Shown: positions 1-8,126, numbered from the stretch's first letter. The stretch: 11,020 nucleotides of DNA from Promethearchaeota archaeon (GCA_048938895.1 JBHLLU010000068.1:1-11020), one strand, 5' to 3'. Program-made: numbers and translations. Notes: generated by a model not told the origin, from the letters alone.

Positions 1-210
1 TTTGTCATGTTAATTGGCCATCGATTTAATACGCAGTATTATAATAGTGTTCTTCCAAGAGATTGGAAAATTGAATACTCCTCAGATCATATCAAGCGTA
101 TTCAAAATTTTTGGGGCATAAAAGATAATCAATTAAAATTAAATACACAAAAAAGGCAAGAGATTAAGAAAGAAAAGATAGATCTATTCAATTTCATGGA
201 AAGACTCTAA
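1..210 (+). CDS. C-terminal fragment of a probable ATP-dependent DNA helicase (XPD/Rad3/DinG family); gene starts upstream of the window
   Basis: The frame is open from base 1 (FVMLIGHRFNTQYYNSVLPRDW...). This resembles the C-terminal 'hhLhDxRF...Y..LPxxW' segment that follows motif VI in XPD/DinG helicases. The stop TAA (208-210) overlaps the end of the convergent MFS gene. Confidence 0.5.
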   Translation, partial: FVMLIGHRFNTQYYNSVLPRDWKIEYSSDHIKRIQNFWGIKDNQLKLNTQKRQEIKKEKIDLFNFMERL

Positions 211-1625
211 TTTGATTTTCTCATTTCAAAGATTCCGATAGTATCTATCTCTACTTTTTCAACCATATAAGGGCTCAATTCTCGTACCGCAAAAACAAAT
301 ACAGGGATTAAGCATAATATAATTATGATTGAGACTATAAAGGGAGCAGTTTCAGTTAAATTATCCCAAAGAAGCCCCCCAATTAACGGACCGATCACTC
401 TACCTAATCTATCAACCCACATATGGAGACCAAATACCTTTCCTCTATGTTTTATAGATATTCGGCTCATAATTGCTTGGATAAGATATCCATTTGACTC
501 TATCGAGATATATAGCAGAATTAGAATAACTGCAAAATCGATTGAGGTAAAAGCACTTATCAGTAGCCAAATCATTAGGGCCTTGAATGCATTCACAGTA
601 ATTATACTTATTGTAGGTGAGATACGATCAAATTGTTTACCTAATTTTGGAGCAACAAGCTGTGAAAGAACTTGTGCCGGAAAATAAACAATCATGACAA
701 AGATTGGTACAATATTATCAGAAAAATTCGGAAAGAGATTATTGATTAAATAAGCGGCAATAAACATTGAATATATAGTACCAGCTATAGAAGTGATAAG
801 GATTACTAATAGTAATGCAAAGAAACCTAAAAGAAATGCTTTATTTAATTTTTTATTATTTTTTACTTGTGGCTTAAGAATTTCAACGGTAGTAATCGTT
901 TCTTCCCCATTAATAACTCCATCACTAATCAAACTCTTAATTTGTATGTTTGGATTATCAATCGATGCACAATATTTTTCCCAGGTAAGATTCTCGTCTA
1001 CTCTCACATGAAACCAATATCCTGCTATTATATTAAGTATCGCAAATATTAATATTGGACTATACATCAAGGGAATATTGTCTGGCATGAATATACTCAC
1101 TAGCGCAAAGATTGGAATACTGATAAATGCCCCTACTAAGAAACCATAACCGATCATCTTACCCCTGCCTGTAGCTAATGCTTGGGTTCTATTCTCTTTA
1201 CAAGATTTATCTGAGATTAAAGAAAAAAATGGAGGCCAGAAGAAAGCGACCAGTAACCCTTGACAGAATGTCCCAATTCCAAATAAGGTTAAATTCTTAA
1301 TAACAAGTGAAGCCCATAATATAGAATAGGCCAATGTTCGACCCAACGATCCTATTAATACAAGTAGTTTCTTAGAAGAATGATCAGTTAGATATGCTAT
1401 GAAGGGCATTGAAATTAATCTTGCGAAAGGTTGTAATGCCATAATAATTCCAAAAACCACACCAGTTCCTCCAAAGTAAAAAAGTACAACGTAAGATTTA
1501 ATAAACATAAAGAAAATAAAACCTAATCCATTCCAAAACGTGATCCGAATCATAGAATTGAAATCGGGGGTAGTAGTTATTGGTTTAGATGATGATTGAA
1601 TAGTTTCGGAATTGTGAGGATCCAA
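207..1625 (-). CDS. Major facilitator superfamily transporter
   Basis: 472 aa with about 12 hydrophobic helices in two 6-TM halves joined by a long hydrophilic loop. MFS motif A-like loops (AYLTDHSSKK, GKQFDRISP) plus 'ENRTQALA' and 'HRGKVFG...GRVIGPLIGGLL'. TTG start preceded by an SD-like GTGAT. Confidence 0.9.
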   Translation of the reverse strand: MDPHNSETIQSSSKPITTTPDFNSMIRITFWNGLGFIFFMFIKSYVVLFYFGGTGVVFGIIMALQPFARLISMPFIAYLTDHSSKKLLVLIGSLGRTLAYSILWASLVIKNLTLFGIGTFCQGLLVAFFWPPFFSLISDKSCKENRTQALATGRGKMIGYGFLVGAFISIPIFALVSIFMPDNIPLMYSPILIFAILNIIAGYWFHVRVDENLTWEKYCASIDNPNIQIKSLISDGVINGEETITTVEILKPQVKNNKKLNKAFLLGFFALLLVILITSIAGTIYSMFIAAYLINNLFPNFSDNIVPIFVMIVYFPAQVLSQLVAPKLGKQFDRISPTISIITVNAFKALMIWLLISAFTSIDFAVILILLYISIESNGYLIQAIMSRISIKHRGKVFGLHMWVDRLGRVIGPLIGGLLWDNLTETAPFIVSIIIILCLIPVFVFAVRELSPYMVEKVEIDTIGIFEMRKSN

Positions 1626-1750
1626 AATTACATCACAAATTTATTTATCCATAATTCTCCTATAGATAGAAAAGAGATTCACATCTTTTAAACTTCAATT
1701 TTTAATAATTCTTGATCTAAAACTTTCTTGTATATATATCAAATTTTAGA

Positions 1751-2356
1751 TTAATTATTAAGAAATACCATCAGAGCAAGGACAAAGTAGAATAATTGAA
1801 AAGGTGTAACCATTATTCTCTCGATAATCCCTCTGTACTTACCAGTAGCAAAAATACCAGAAATAACAACACCAATTAATGAAAGAATGGCTGATACCAT
1901 CGAAAATATAGCAAATCCACTCCATGCTGATACTGACTGTAATCGAATCCAAAGTGCAATCATACCTGCAATAGCGAATAATCCCATTAAAACAACTAAA
2001 GCTATATGCATTTTACCTTTATAAGTTGTGAATTCACCACCTTCATCAAGAGGAAAGAAAAAGGCTATTAATATTCCCAAAATAGAGCTAATCAAAAGAA
2101 CAACCGGTCCAAAAATAGAACCTCCATCACTAATCCCTTCAAATAATCCCGTAAAAAACACAAATAACAAAATACTTTCTACAATAACAAATGCTTGTGC
2201 TAAACGTCTATTAGGGGCTCCAACAGCAAACAAAGAACTTATGTCGTCTCGAATATGATTATATTCCGAATTTAAACTTCCAACAATAATCCACATCGCA
2301 GTATATATTATAGGACTAAGCATCCCACACACCGCTAAAATTTGAATAATACTCAT
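1751..2356 (-). CDS. DUF998-family membrane protein
   Basis: 201 aa with about 6 TM helices. Contains 'YNHIRDDISSLFAVGAP', 'FPLD...GKMH' and 'GIIER', which match DUF998 conserved segments. Confidence 0.75.
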   Translation of the reverse strand: MSIIQILAVCGMLSPIIYTAMWIIVGSLNSEYNHIRDDISSLFAVGAPNRRLAQAFVIVESILLFVFFTGLFEGISDGGSIFGPVVLLISSILGILIAFFFPLDEGGEFTTYKGKMHIALVVLMGLFAIAGMIALWIRLQSVSAWSGFAIFSMVSAILSLIGVVISGIFATGKYRGIIERIMVTPFQLFYFVLALMVFLNN

Positions 2357-2378
2357 AATTGATTGGATTTGTACTGAT

Positions 2379-2396
2379 AATTAAAAGTTTGCTATA
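2379..2396 (-). promoter_or_regulatory. BRE/TATA promoter of the DUF998 gene, probably giving a leaderless mRNA
   Basis: The minus strand reads TATAGCAAAC-TTTTAATT, with the TATA-like box about 25-30 nt upstream of the ATG at 2356. Confidence 0.5.
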
Positions 2397-2404
2397 ATAA
2401 ATAA

Positions 2405-3808
2405 TTACCTTAAAAAATCGTAGATTTGGTCAGCAATAAGTTTTCCATGTGCCACAGCATCAACCACGCTTTTTGAGCCAATGACACAGTCTCCCCCCGC
2501 TAGTACTTTAGGAACACTAGTGAAGAATTTTTCATTTACAATAAATGTATTTTGTTTGGTAATTTCAAATTTTTCAAGGTCAAAGCCCGTTAGATCGGTC
2601 TCTTGTCCGATTGCTTCTATTACATAATCTGCCTCAACCTTTATTTCGATATCTTCTATTGGGGAAGGAGTAGGTCGACCAGTTTCATCAGGATCCCCCA
2701 ATTCGATTCTTTGGCAAACAGCACCTTGGATTTCATCTTCTGTACAGTAAAATTCTTTTGGAGTAATTAAAAATTCAATAGAAATACCTTCATTTTCTGT
2801 ATCTTCAATTTCAACCTTACCTGCAGGCATATGTTCCCTCTGTCTTCTATATAATATGGAAACTTCGGCTCCAAGTCGTTTTGCTACTCTTGCGGCATCA
2901 GTAGCAGTGCTTCCTCCACCTATTACTACTACTTTTTTCCCTTGTAGATCAGCTAGTTCTTGGTTTAAATTAAATCTCCTCAAGAAATCGAGTGCTTGAA
3001 TGATGATTTTTGAATCTTCTCCCGGAAGTTTTAACCATTTAGCTTTTTGAGTGCCGATTCCGATCACTATGACATCAAATCCAGATTCAAATACCTGGTT
3101 AATGCTAAATTTTTTGTCAATTTTTTTATTTGTATAGATTTCTATCCCACATTTTTGGAGATGCTCTATTTCTGCATTCAAAACAGACCTAGGTAATCGA
3201 AATTCAGGAATTTCCGTTGTCATCATACCTCCAATTATTCTTAATCTTTCATACATCGTTACATTAATTCCATGTTTTCTTAAAAAAAAAGCAACGGTGA
3301 GACCAAGTGGTCCAGTTCCTATTATCGCAACTTTTTTTCCTATATCCGGCTTACACTTAAAATAATCCTCAAGCGGACCATAATTATCAACTAAATAACG
3401 TTTCACCAGAGGGATTTGGATCGGATCTCCCTTTTTCCCCGCTGTACAATGGAGCATACAATAACCAGGGCAAACCCTTTCGACACTTCTCGGAAATGGA
3501 TAATGTTTATAGATTATTTTAAGTGCTTCTTCAATTTTGCTTTCTAACACATTTTTAATTATTTCTCTTGAATTACAGTGAGTAGGACAATATTTCATGC
3601 AGGGAGGTGGCTTTATTCTAGAATCACTTTTTGCAAAACACTGATAGCATCGCTTACATTCTTCAATGACTTCTTCGAGTTCTAAAAATCCAAGGTTTAC
3701 TTCATTGAAATTCCTAATTCTCTCTTTAGAGGGTAAATAATGAGGTTTGATAGCTACTTTACTCCTTACGTGTTTCTGATTTTCTTCTGACAATTTACAT
3801 CCATTCAA
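2405..3808 (-). CDS. GltD/SudA/NfnB-like NADPH-dependent Fe-S flavoprotein oxidoreductase, stand-alone; start may be the TTG at 3793
   Basis: 'ERIRNFNEVNLGF' and the N-terminal Fe-S domain (RCYQC...CMKYCP; RVCPGYCMLHC). FAD-binding KVAIIGTGPLG, 'IPEFRLP', NADPH-binding VVVIGGGSTA...YRR, and C-terminal 'AGGD...SVVDAVAHGK'. Confidence 0.88.
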   Translation of the reverse strand: MNGCKLSEENQKHVRSKVAIKPHYLPSKERIRNFNEVNLGFLELEEVIEECKRCYQCFAKSDSRIKPPPCMKYCPTHCNSREIIKNVLESKIEEALKIIYKHYPFPRSVERVCPGYCMLHCTAGKKGDPIQIPLVKRYLVDNYGPLEDYFKCKPDIGKKVAIIGTGPLGLTVAFFLRKHGINVTMYERLRIIGGMMTTEIPEFRLPRSVLNAEIEHLQKCGIEIYTNKKIDKKFSINQVFESGFDVIVIGIGTQKAKWLKLPGEDSKIIIQALDFLRRFNLNQELADLQGKKVVVIGGGSTATDAARVAKRLGAEVSILYRRQREHMPAGKVEIEDTENEGISIEFLITPKEFYCTEDEIQGAVCQRIELGDPDETGRPTPSPIEDIEIKVEADYVIEAIGQETDLTGFDLEKFEITKQNTFIVNEKFFTSVPKVLAGGDCVIGSKSVVDAVAHGKLIADQIYDFLR

Positions 3809-3867
3809 TCATGTTTGAATAACCGATTAGAAATAAGATAGACTTTAATCTTCGTGGATTTTCCAAG

Positions 3868-3888
3868 ATTTATAAAAATTTAGGTTTT
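3868..3888 (-). promoter_or_regulatory. Putative BRE/TATA promoter upstream of the GltD-like gene
   Basis: The minus strand reads AAAACCTAAA-TTTTTATAAAT in the 92-bp intergenic gap, suggesting the gene has its own promoter. Confidence 0.4.
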
Positions 3889-3900
3889 AAAATTAAAATT

Positions 3901-5142
3901 TTAAATACGTAAACTACGTAATAATGAAGGAAGTAAACGAACACCGTTCAAAATCCCCAATTCTTTTAATAGTCTCCATTTACGAGACATCAATGTCTTC
4001 CATATTATTTTTCTGGTTTGGGTTCCTGAAAATAAAGAAATCATTGATTGCATTATCTCAGTATCCTCTTGTGCTATTTTATATGCTGCTCCGATAATTT
4101 TATCAATAAGTCCGCTGTGATATAAAAGTTCATGGAATTTGTAGCTGTATTGCAATCCCTTTTCATATAATTGCTCCATTAAAAGATGATGATATTGGGA
4201 TAATCTTTCCTCTCCGAAATCATTATCTTCAAATGCTTGAATAAATACTTCAGCTGCTAACTTCCCTGATAATCTCGCTTGATAAATGCCTTCATATAAA
4301 ATAGGATCTGCAGTACCACATGCGTCTCCTATAATCATAACATGCTCTCGATAAGGTTTTTTGATCATCCTATCAGGAATTGGAGCAGCCCAGATCTTAC
4401 GAGCATTAAAAGCTATCATTTTTCGTCCTGTTATTTTATCCTTTATTACAGGAGTCTGAAGAAATGAGTTAAAATGATTCATTTTTACATTTTTACCCAA
4501 TACACCCACACTAACTGCATCGCGTTTAGGGAATGCCCAAGCGATACCATGATTAATAATAGATGGATAAAAAAACTCCCAAATCCTATTACCAAATTGT
4601 TCATCAACAATAGATTCAGGTATATCAAATTCTGCTTGGATACCATTTATAATAGGAGGAATCTCCATTCCCAATGTACGCTGAAGTTGAGCTCCTCCAA
4701 TACCACTAGCAATAATAACACATTTACTTCGGTAATTTTGCGCTCCACTAACAATTACTTCACCTAATTTAGAGATATCAATACTTTTCACTCGATTTCC
4801 GTATAAAACATTAACGCCAGCATCTTGCGCTAGGTTTAGGAGGAACTTATCAAAATCCGTACGAAACATACAATATCCTTTATCTCTTTCCTCTGTAGTA
4901 TCAAATATCAAGGGACCACCTTCGGGTGTGACTAAAACTCCTCCGGTGATTTCACGTTCTCCAACGTTACGGGGAATTGGTGAAAAAGCCTCGTTAGACA
5001 CTGGAACTCCTCCTGCACAACATTTATATCTTCCTTCCTTTGCAGCTTCAAGTAAACATACATTTGCACCGTACTCTGCGGCTAATTTTGCTGCAGTAGC
5101 ACCACCAGGGCCTCCTCCGATTATTATTAAATCAAAATTCAT
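3901..5142 (-). CDS. Geranylgeranyl reductase-family FAD-dependent oxidoreductase (DGGGPL reductase-like)
   Basis: FDLIIIGGGPGG Rossmann motif, KCCAGG, 'RTDFDKFL', 'AWAFPK' and 'IGDACG...P..YEGIYQA'. The start is moved from 5196 to the ATG at 5142, which has GGAGA upstream and puts the FAD motif at the N-terminus. Confidence 0.85.
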   Translation of the reverse strand: MNFDLIIIGGGPGGATAAKLAAEYGANVCLLEAAKEGRYKCCAGGVPVSNEAFSPIPRNVGEREITGGVLVTPEGGPLIFDTTEERDKGYCMFRTDFDKFLLNLAQDAGVNVLYGNRVKSIDISKLGEVIVSGAQNYRSKCVIIASGIGGAQLQRTLGMEIPPIINGIQAEFDIPESIVDEQFGNRIWEFFYPSIINHGIAWAFPKRDAVSVGVLGKNVKMNHFNSFLQTPVIKDKITGRKMIAFNARKIWAAPIPDRMIKKPYREHVMIIGDACGTADPILYEGIYQARLSGKLAAEVFIQAFEDNDFGEERLSQYHHLLMEQLYEKGLQYSYKFHELLYHSGLIDKIIGAAYKIAQEDTEIMQSMISLFSGTQTRKIIWKTLMSRKWRLLKELGILNGVRLLPSLLRSLRI

Positions 5143-5249
5143 AAGATTTTCTCCAATTGTTAGTATATCAAATAATTTCTCAATATTAAATCTCATATAA
5201 AATTTAAACCTAAAACTCTAAAAAGATTCATAGATTATGGATACAATCA

Positions 5250-6191
5250 ATGACTAGCATTAATAAAATTATCCAAGATTTTTATAAAGGTTTAGAAGTT
5301 AAGGGATACAAGGGAAAAGTAGTTCATGCAAAACGAATCCCCGATTTAAGGAATGATATTAAAAAGTACCATGATCAAAAGTTAATATTTCCACCTTTAT
5401 ATGAAGATTATAAAGCATATTTTGAATTTGAACCTGAAGTACAATTTGATCAAATTAAATCTTTATTCATGATTGCCATCCCTGACCCACAGTATGAAGC
5501 AATATTTCACTGGAATAAAAGTGAATTCCGGTTTATAATTCCACCCACATACCTATATGGATTCAATATAGTCGATAAAATGAGGGAATATTTGGAAAGC
5601 ATATTAAATCCTAATGGATATAGTGCGTCCTATGCTCAATTACCTCAAAAAACCTTAGCTGTTCGATGTGGATTAGCAGAATATGGACGGAACAATATAA
5701 CTTATGTATCAGGGATGGGTAGTTTCTATCGATTAGCAACCTTTTACACTGACGTTCCAGTTGAACAGGACAATTGGCAAGATCTTAAGATGATGGATCT
5801 ATGCCAAGAATGTTCAGCTTGTATTCGTAAGTGTCCTACAGGTGCAATACCTCAAAAGTATACAGATCGTTTCCTTTTATATGTTGAAAAATGTTTGACT
5901 TATCATAATGAACAACCTGGAGATATTCCCTTTCCCAATTGGATTGAGCCTTCATGGCATAATTGTTTGGTTGGATGCCTTCATTGTCAAAAAATATGTC
6001 CAGCGAATAAAAAAGTGAAAGACTGGATCAAACCCGGTCCAAATTTTTCAGAACAAGAGACTAAATTGCTTCTAAGAACACGAAAAGTTGATGATTTGCC
6101 TGGTGATTTAAAGTATAAATTGGAGAAGTTTGATTTTTTGAGTTACTTTGAAGTATTCCCGAGAAATTTAAGTGTGTTCCTGAAAAGATAG
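5250..6191 (+). CDS. QueG/reductive dehalogenase superfamily double [4Fe-4S] protein, probably cobalamin-binding; substrate unknown
   Basis: 'KTLAVRCGLAEYGRNNI...GMGSFYRLATFYTD' cobalamin-fold segment, CQECSACIRKCPTGAI, CLTY and GCLHCQKICP cluster motifs. No Tat or Sec signal. Confidence 0.8.
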   Translation: MTSINKIIQDFYKGLEVKGYKGKVVHAKRIPDLRNDIKKYHDQKLIFPPLYEDYKAYFEFEPEVQFDQIKSLFMIAIPDPQYEAIFHWNKSEFRFIIPPTYLYGFNIVDKMREYLESILNPNGYSASYAQLPQKTLAVRCGLAEYGRNNITYVSGMGSFYRLATFYTDVPVEQDNWQDLKMMDLCQECSACIRKCPTGAIPQKYTDRFLLYVEKCLTYHNEQPGDIPFPNWIEPSWHNCLVGCLHCQKICPANKKVKDWIKPGPNFSEQETKLLLRTRKVDDLPGDLKYKLEKFDFLSYFEVFPRNLSVFLKR

Positions 6192-6200
6192 TGTTTTTTC
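6192..6200 (+). terminator. Oligo-T archaeal terminator
   Basis: TGTTTTTTC directly follows the TAG at 6189-6191. Confidence 0.45.
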
Positions 6201-6212
6201 TACATGTAAATA

Positions 6213-6233
6213 TATAGCCAAAAGGTATAAAAA
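6213..6233 (+). promoter_or_regulatory. BRE/TATA promoter of surface protein 1
   Basis: TATAGCCAAAAGG-TATAAAAA. The same TATAGCCAAA 10-mer lies upstream of the paralog (9601-9610). Confidence 0.55.
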
Positions 6234-6287
6234 TAAGCTTGGGGTATACTAATGTTAACTAATTTAATAATAACAGGCTAATAGAAG

Positions 6288-7613
6288 ATGTCAAAATATA
6301 AATTAAAAGTCTTGGTTCTTCCGGTATTATTACTTAACTTAATGACCTTCAGTATTTATTCAATTGCTAATCCCCCTATGAAGAATATTATTTTAGATGG
6401 AACTATAAGTACTGGTGAATGGGATGATGCCGATTGGATAGTTCCCTTCTATTTAGACGTAGATAATACACCAGATTATAATGGAAAAATAAATGTAGAT
6501 GGAAATAATATCTTATATTTAGGAGAAGATAATAATAATCTTTATCTCGCACTTGATCTTTGTAGCGATCGGTCTGATAATGAAACTGGTGAGTGGATTG
6601 GAGTCTTTTTAAATACAGCAGACAGGATATATGATAATTTTTTTGATTGGGTTACGTTCTTTGATAACGGTGTGGAAACTTTAATATATGACGTGGAACT
6701 TGACCAACCTTGGGAGTATTATTTAAAATATACTGGACTCTATAGTCAATATGTAAATGATGATACAGAAATTATTCCTAATTACGGAACAGTTGAAGGT
6801 GGGGCTGATATATTGAGAAATTGGTGGATGGTAGACGTTATTAATATTTCCTCTCAAACTGTTGGAGCTTATGAGCTTTATTGGGTTAACTTTTCAATAG
6901 ATCTCGCTAAATGGTATCCGTATTTAGATGAACTTAATGTAATTCAGAGTATTGAGCTCCGAATTGGAACAGAACATGATATTGTAATAGATGATCAGAA
7001 ATTAGTATTATGGAACAGTGATGGAACATTACCACCATTAGATAATCCCCAACAGGTTATAGCTCTAAATAATCAAAATTCTTATGTATTAGATACTGTT
7101 GATTATGGATTAGGTAATTTAACGGGGGATAATAAAATTCAATTCAGCTTAATTGGGAATAACTCCGTTCCATTTAATACTGAGTTAAATAGAGTCGATT
7201 TTGCTGTTAGGCGGAACCACACTAACTGGGCGGGACATGTCATGGTTCCATATTCTACAATTAAATCGTATCAATTGGAAAGGAGTTTCGGATCAAGTCC
7301 AAATAATGCAACTGACCATAGAATGTTCGAATTTTCAATACCAAAAACTGAACTCGAACACTATGATCCTAATGAAGAGTTGGGAATTATTGTTGGAGGA
7401 TATGGGACTTTAGGTTATATAAATGGCTCGAATTTCTGGGTTTTTTCTACAATTGATTATTGGCAGCACGTCGAAGATAACACATATTATCTTTACTATG
7501 ATATGAAGGGTGTAGGGGGATCTAAAGGAGCAATATATGGATATCCTCTCTTGATGTTACTCGGGATTACTGGTATCATCTCGATAGTAATAATTAAAAA
7601 GAAATTCAAATAA
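6288..7613 (+). CDS. Secreted, membrane-anchored surface glycoprotein 1 with a CBM9/DOMON-like domain and a Loki-CTERM-like tail
   Basis: Basic plus hydrophobic signal peptide, 'IILDGTISTGEWDDA', 'LYLGEDNNNLYLALD' and 'MFEFSIPKTEL'. Eight NxS/T sequons. C-terminus IYGYPLLMLLGITGIISIVIIKKKFK. Confidence 0.8.
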   Translation: MSKYKLKVLVLPVLLLNLMTFSIYSIANPPMKNIILDGTISTGEWDDADWIVPFYLDVDNTPDYNGKINVDGNNILYLGEDNNNLYLALDLCSDRSDNETGEWIGVFLNTADRIYDNFFDWVTFFDNGVETLIYDVELDQPWEYYLKYTGLYSQYVNDDTEIIPNYGTVEGGADILRNWWMVDVINISSQTVGAYELYWVNFSIDLAKWYPYLDELNVIQSIELRIGTEHDIVIDDQKLVLWNSDGTLPPLDNPQQVIALNNQNSYVLDTVDYGLGNLTGDNKIQFSLIGNNSVPFNTELNRVDFAVRRNHTNWAGHVMVPYSTIKSYQLERSFGSSPNNATDHRMFEFSIPKTELEHYDPNEELGIIVGGYGTLGYINGSNFWVFSTIDYWQHVEDNTYYLYYDMKGVGGSKGAIYGYPLLMLLGITGIISIVIIKKKFK

Positions 7614-7617
7614 TAAA

Positions 7618-7633
7618 TTTTTACTTTTTTTTT
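7618..7633 (+). terminator. Oligo-T archaeal terminator
   Basis: TTTTTACTTTTTTTTT directly follows the tandem stops TAATAA. Confidence 0.6.
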
Positions 7634-7700
7634 GAAATGATTATATAAATTATAAGCTATAACAATAATTTTTTATTAGTCTATTTTGGAATGTCTTAAT

Positions 7701-8126
7701 ATGACCGAGTTAAAGACCAGGCCAAATGACAAAGATGTCGTTGAATTTCTAAATCAGGTTAAGAATACAAGAAGACGAGAAGATTCTTTTGAAGTCTTAA
7801 AGCTAATGAAAGAAGTCACTCAAGAAGAACCCGTTATGTGGGGGGATAGTATTGTAGGTTTTGGGACATATCACTATAAATATGCAAGTGGGCGTGAAGC
7901 AGACTGGCTACAAATCGGATTTTCTCCTAGAAAACAGTCCCTTACAATATATATTATGGATGGATTTGATAAATATCTGGAATTACTGAATAAATTAGGA
8001 AAACATAAAACAGGGAAATCCTGCTTGTATATAAACAAACTTGATGATGTGAGTATGCCTGTATTAAAAGAAATAATGATCGAATCAGTGAAATATATTA
8101 AAGAAACTTGGCAACATACCTTATAA
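7701..8126 (+). CDS. DUF1801 (YdhG-like) domain protein
   Basis: MTELKTRPND..., 'PVMWGDSIVGFGTYHYKYASGREADW', 'GFSPRK' and 'LGKHKTGKSCLYINKL' are hallmark segments. The ATG at 7701 is preferred over the TTG at 7686 and has a TATA-like TTTTTATT 24-31 nt upstream. Confidence 0.88.
   Translation: MTELKTRPNDKDVVEFLNQVKNTRRREDSFEVLKLMKEVTQEEPVMWGDSIVGFGTYHYKYASGREADWLQIGFSPRKQSLTIYIMDGFDKYLELLNKLGKHKTGKSCLYINKLDDVSMPVLKEIMIESVKYIKETWQHTL

Noticed and set aside
325-1052. Plus-strand ORFs 325..687, 793..1011 and 867..1052
   Set aside because: Antisense shadows of the MFS gene with no recognisable motifs.
3795-3812. Short upstream ORF MIEWM* ending just before the TTG at 3793
   Set aside because: No SD, and such ORFs are expected by chance in AT-rich DNA.
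3809-3830. In-frame TGA directly upstream of the GltD-like ORF as a possible selenocysteine codon, since Lokiarchaeia encode selenoproteins
   Set aside because: An in-frame TAA lies a few codons further upstream with no start in between, the protein is already full length, and no SECIS-like hairpin is evident.
2028-5200. Plus-strand ORFs 2028..2258, 4474..4767 and 4928..5200
   Set aside because: Antisense to well-supported DUF998 and GGR genes.
3879-5214. AAACCTAAA shared upstream of the GltD-like gene (3887-3879, minus) and the QueG-like gene (5206-5214)
   Set aside because: Low-complexity 9-mer that also occurs within coding regions (near 823 and 8899), so it cannot be distinguished from chance or a generic BRE.
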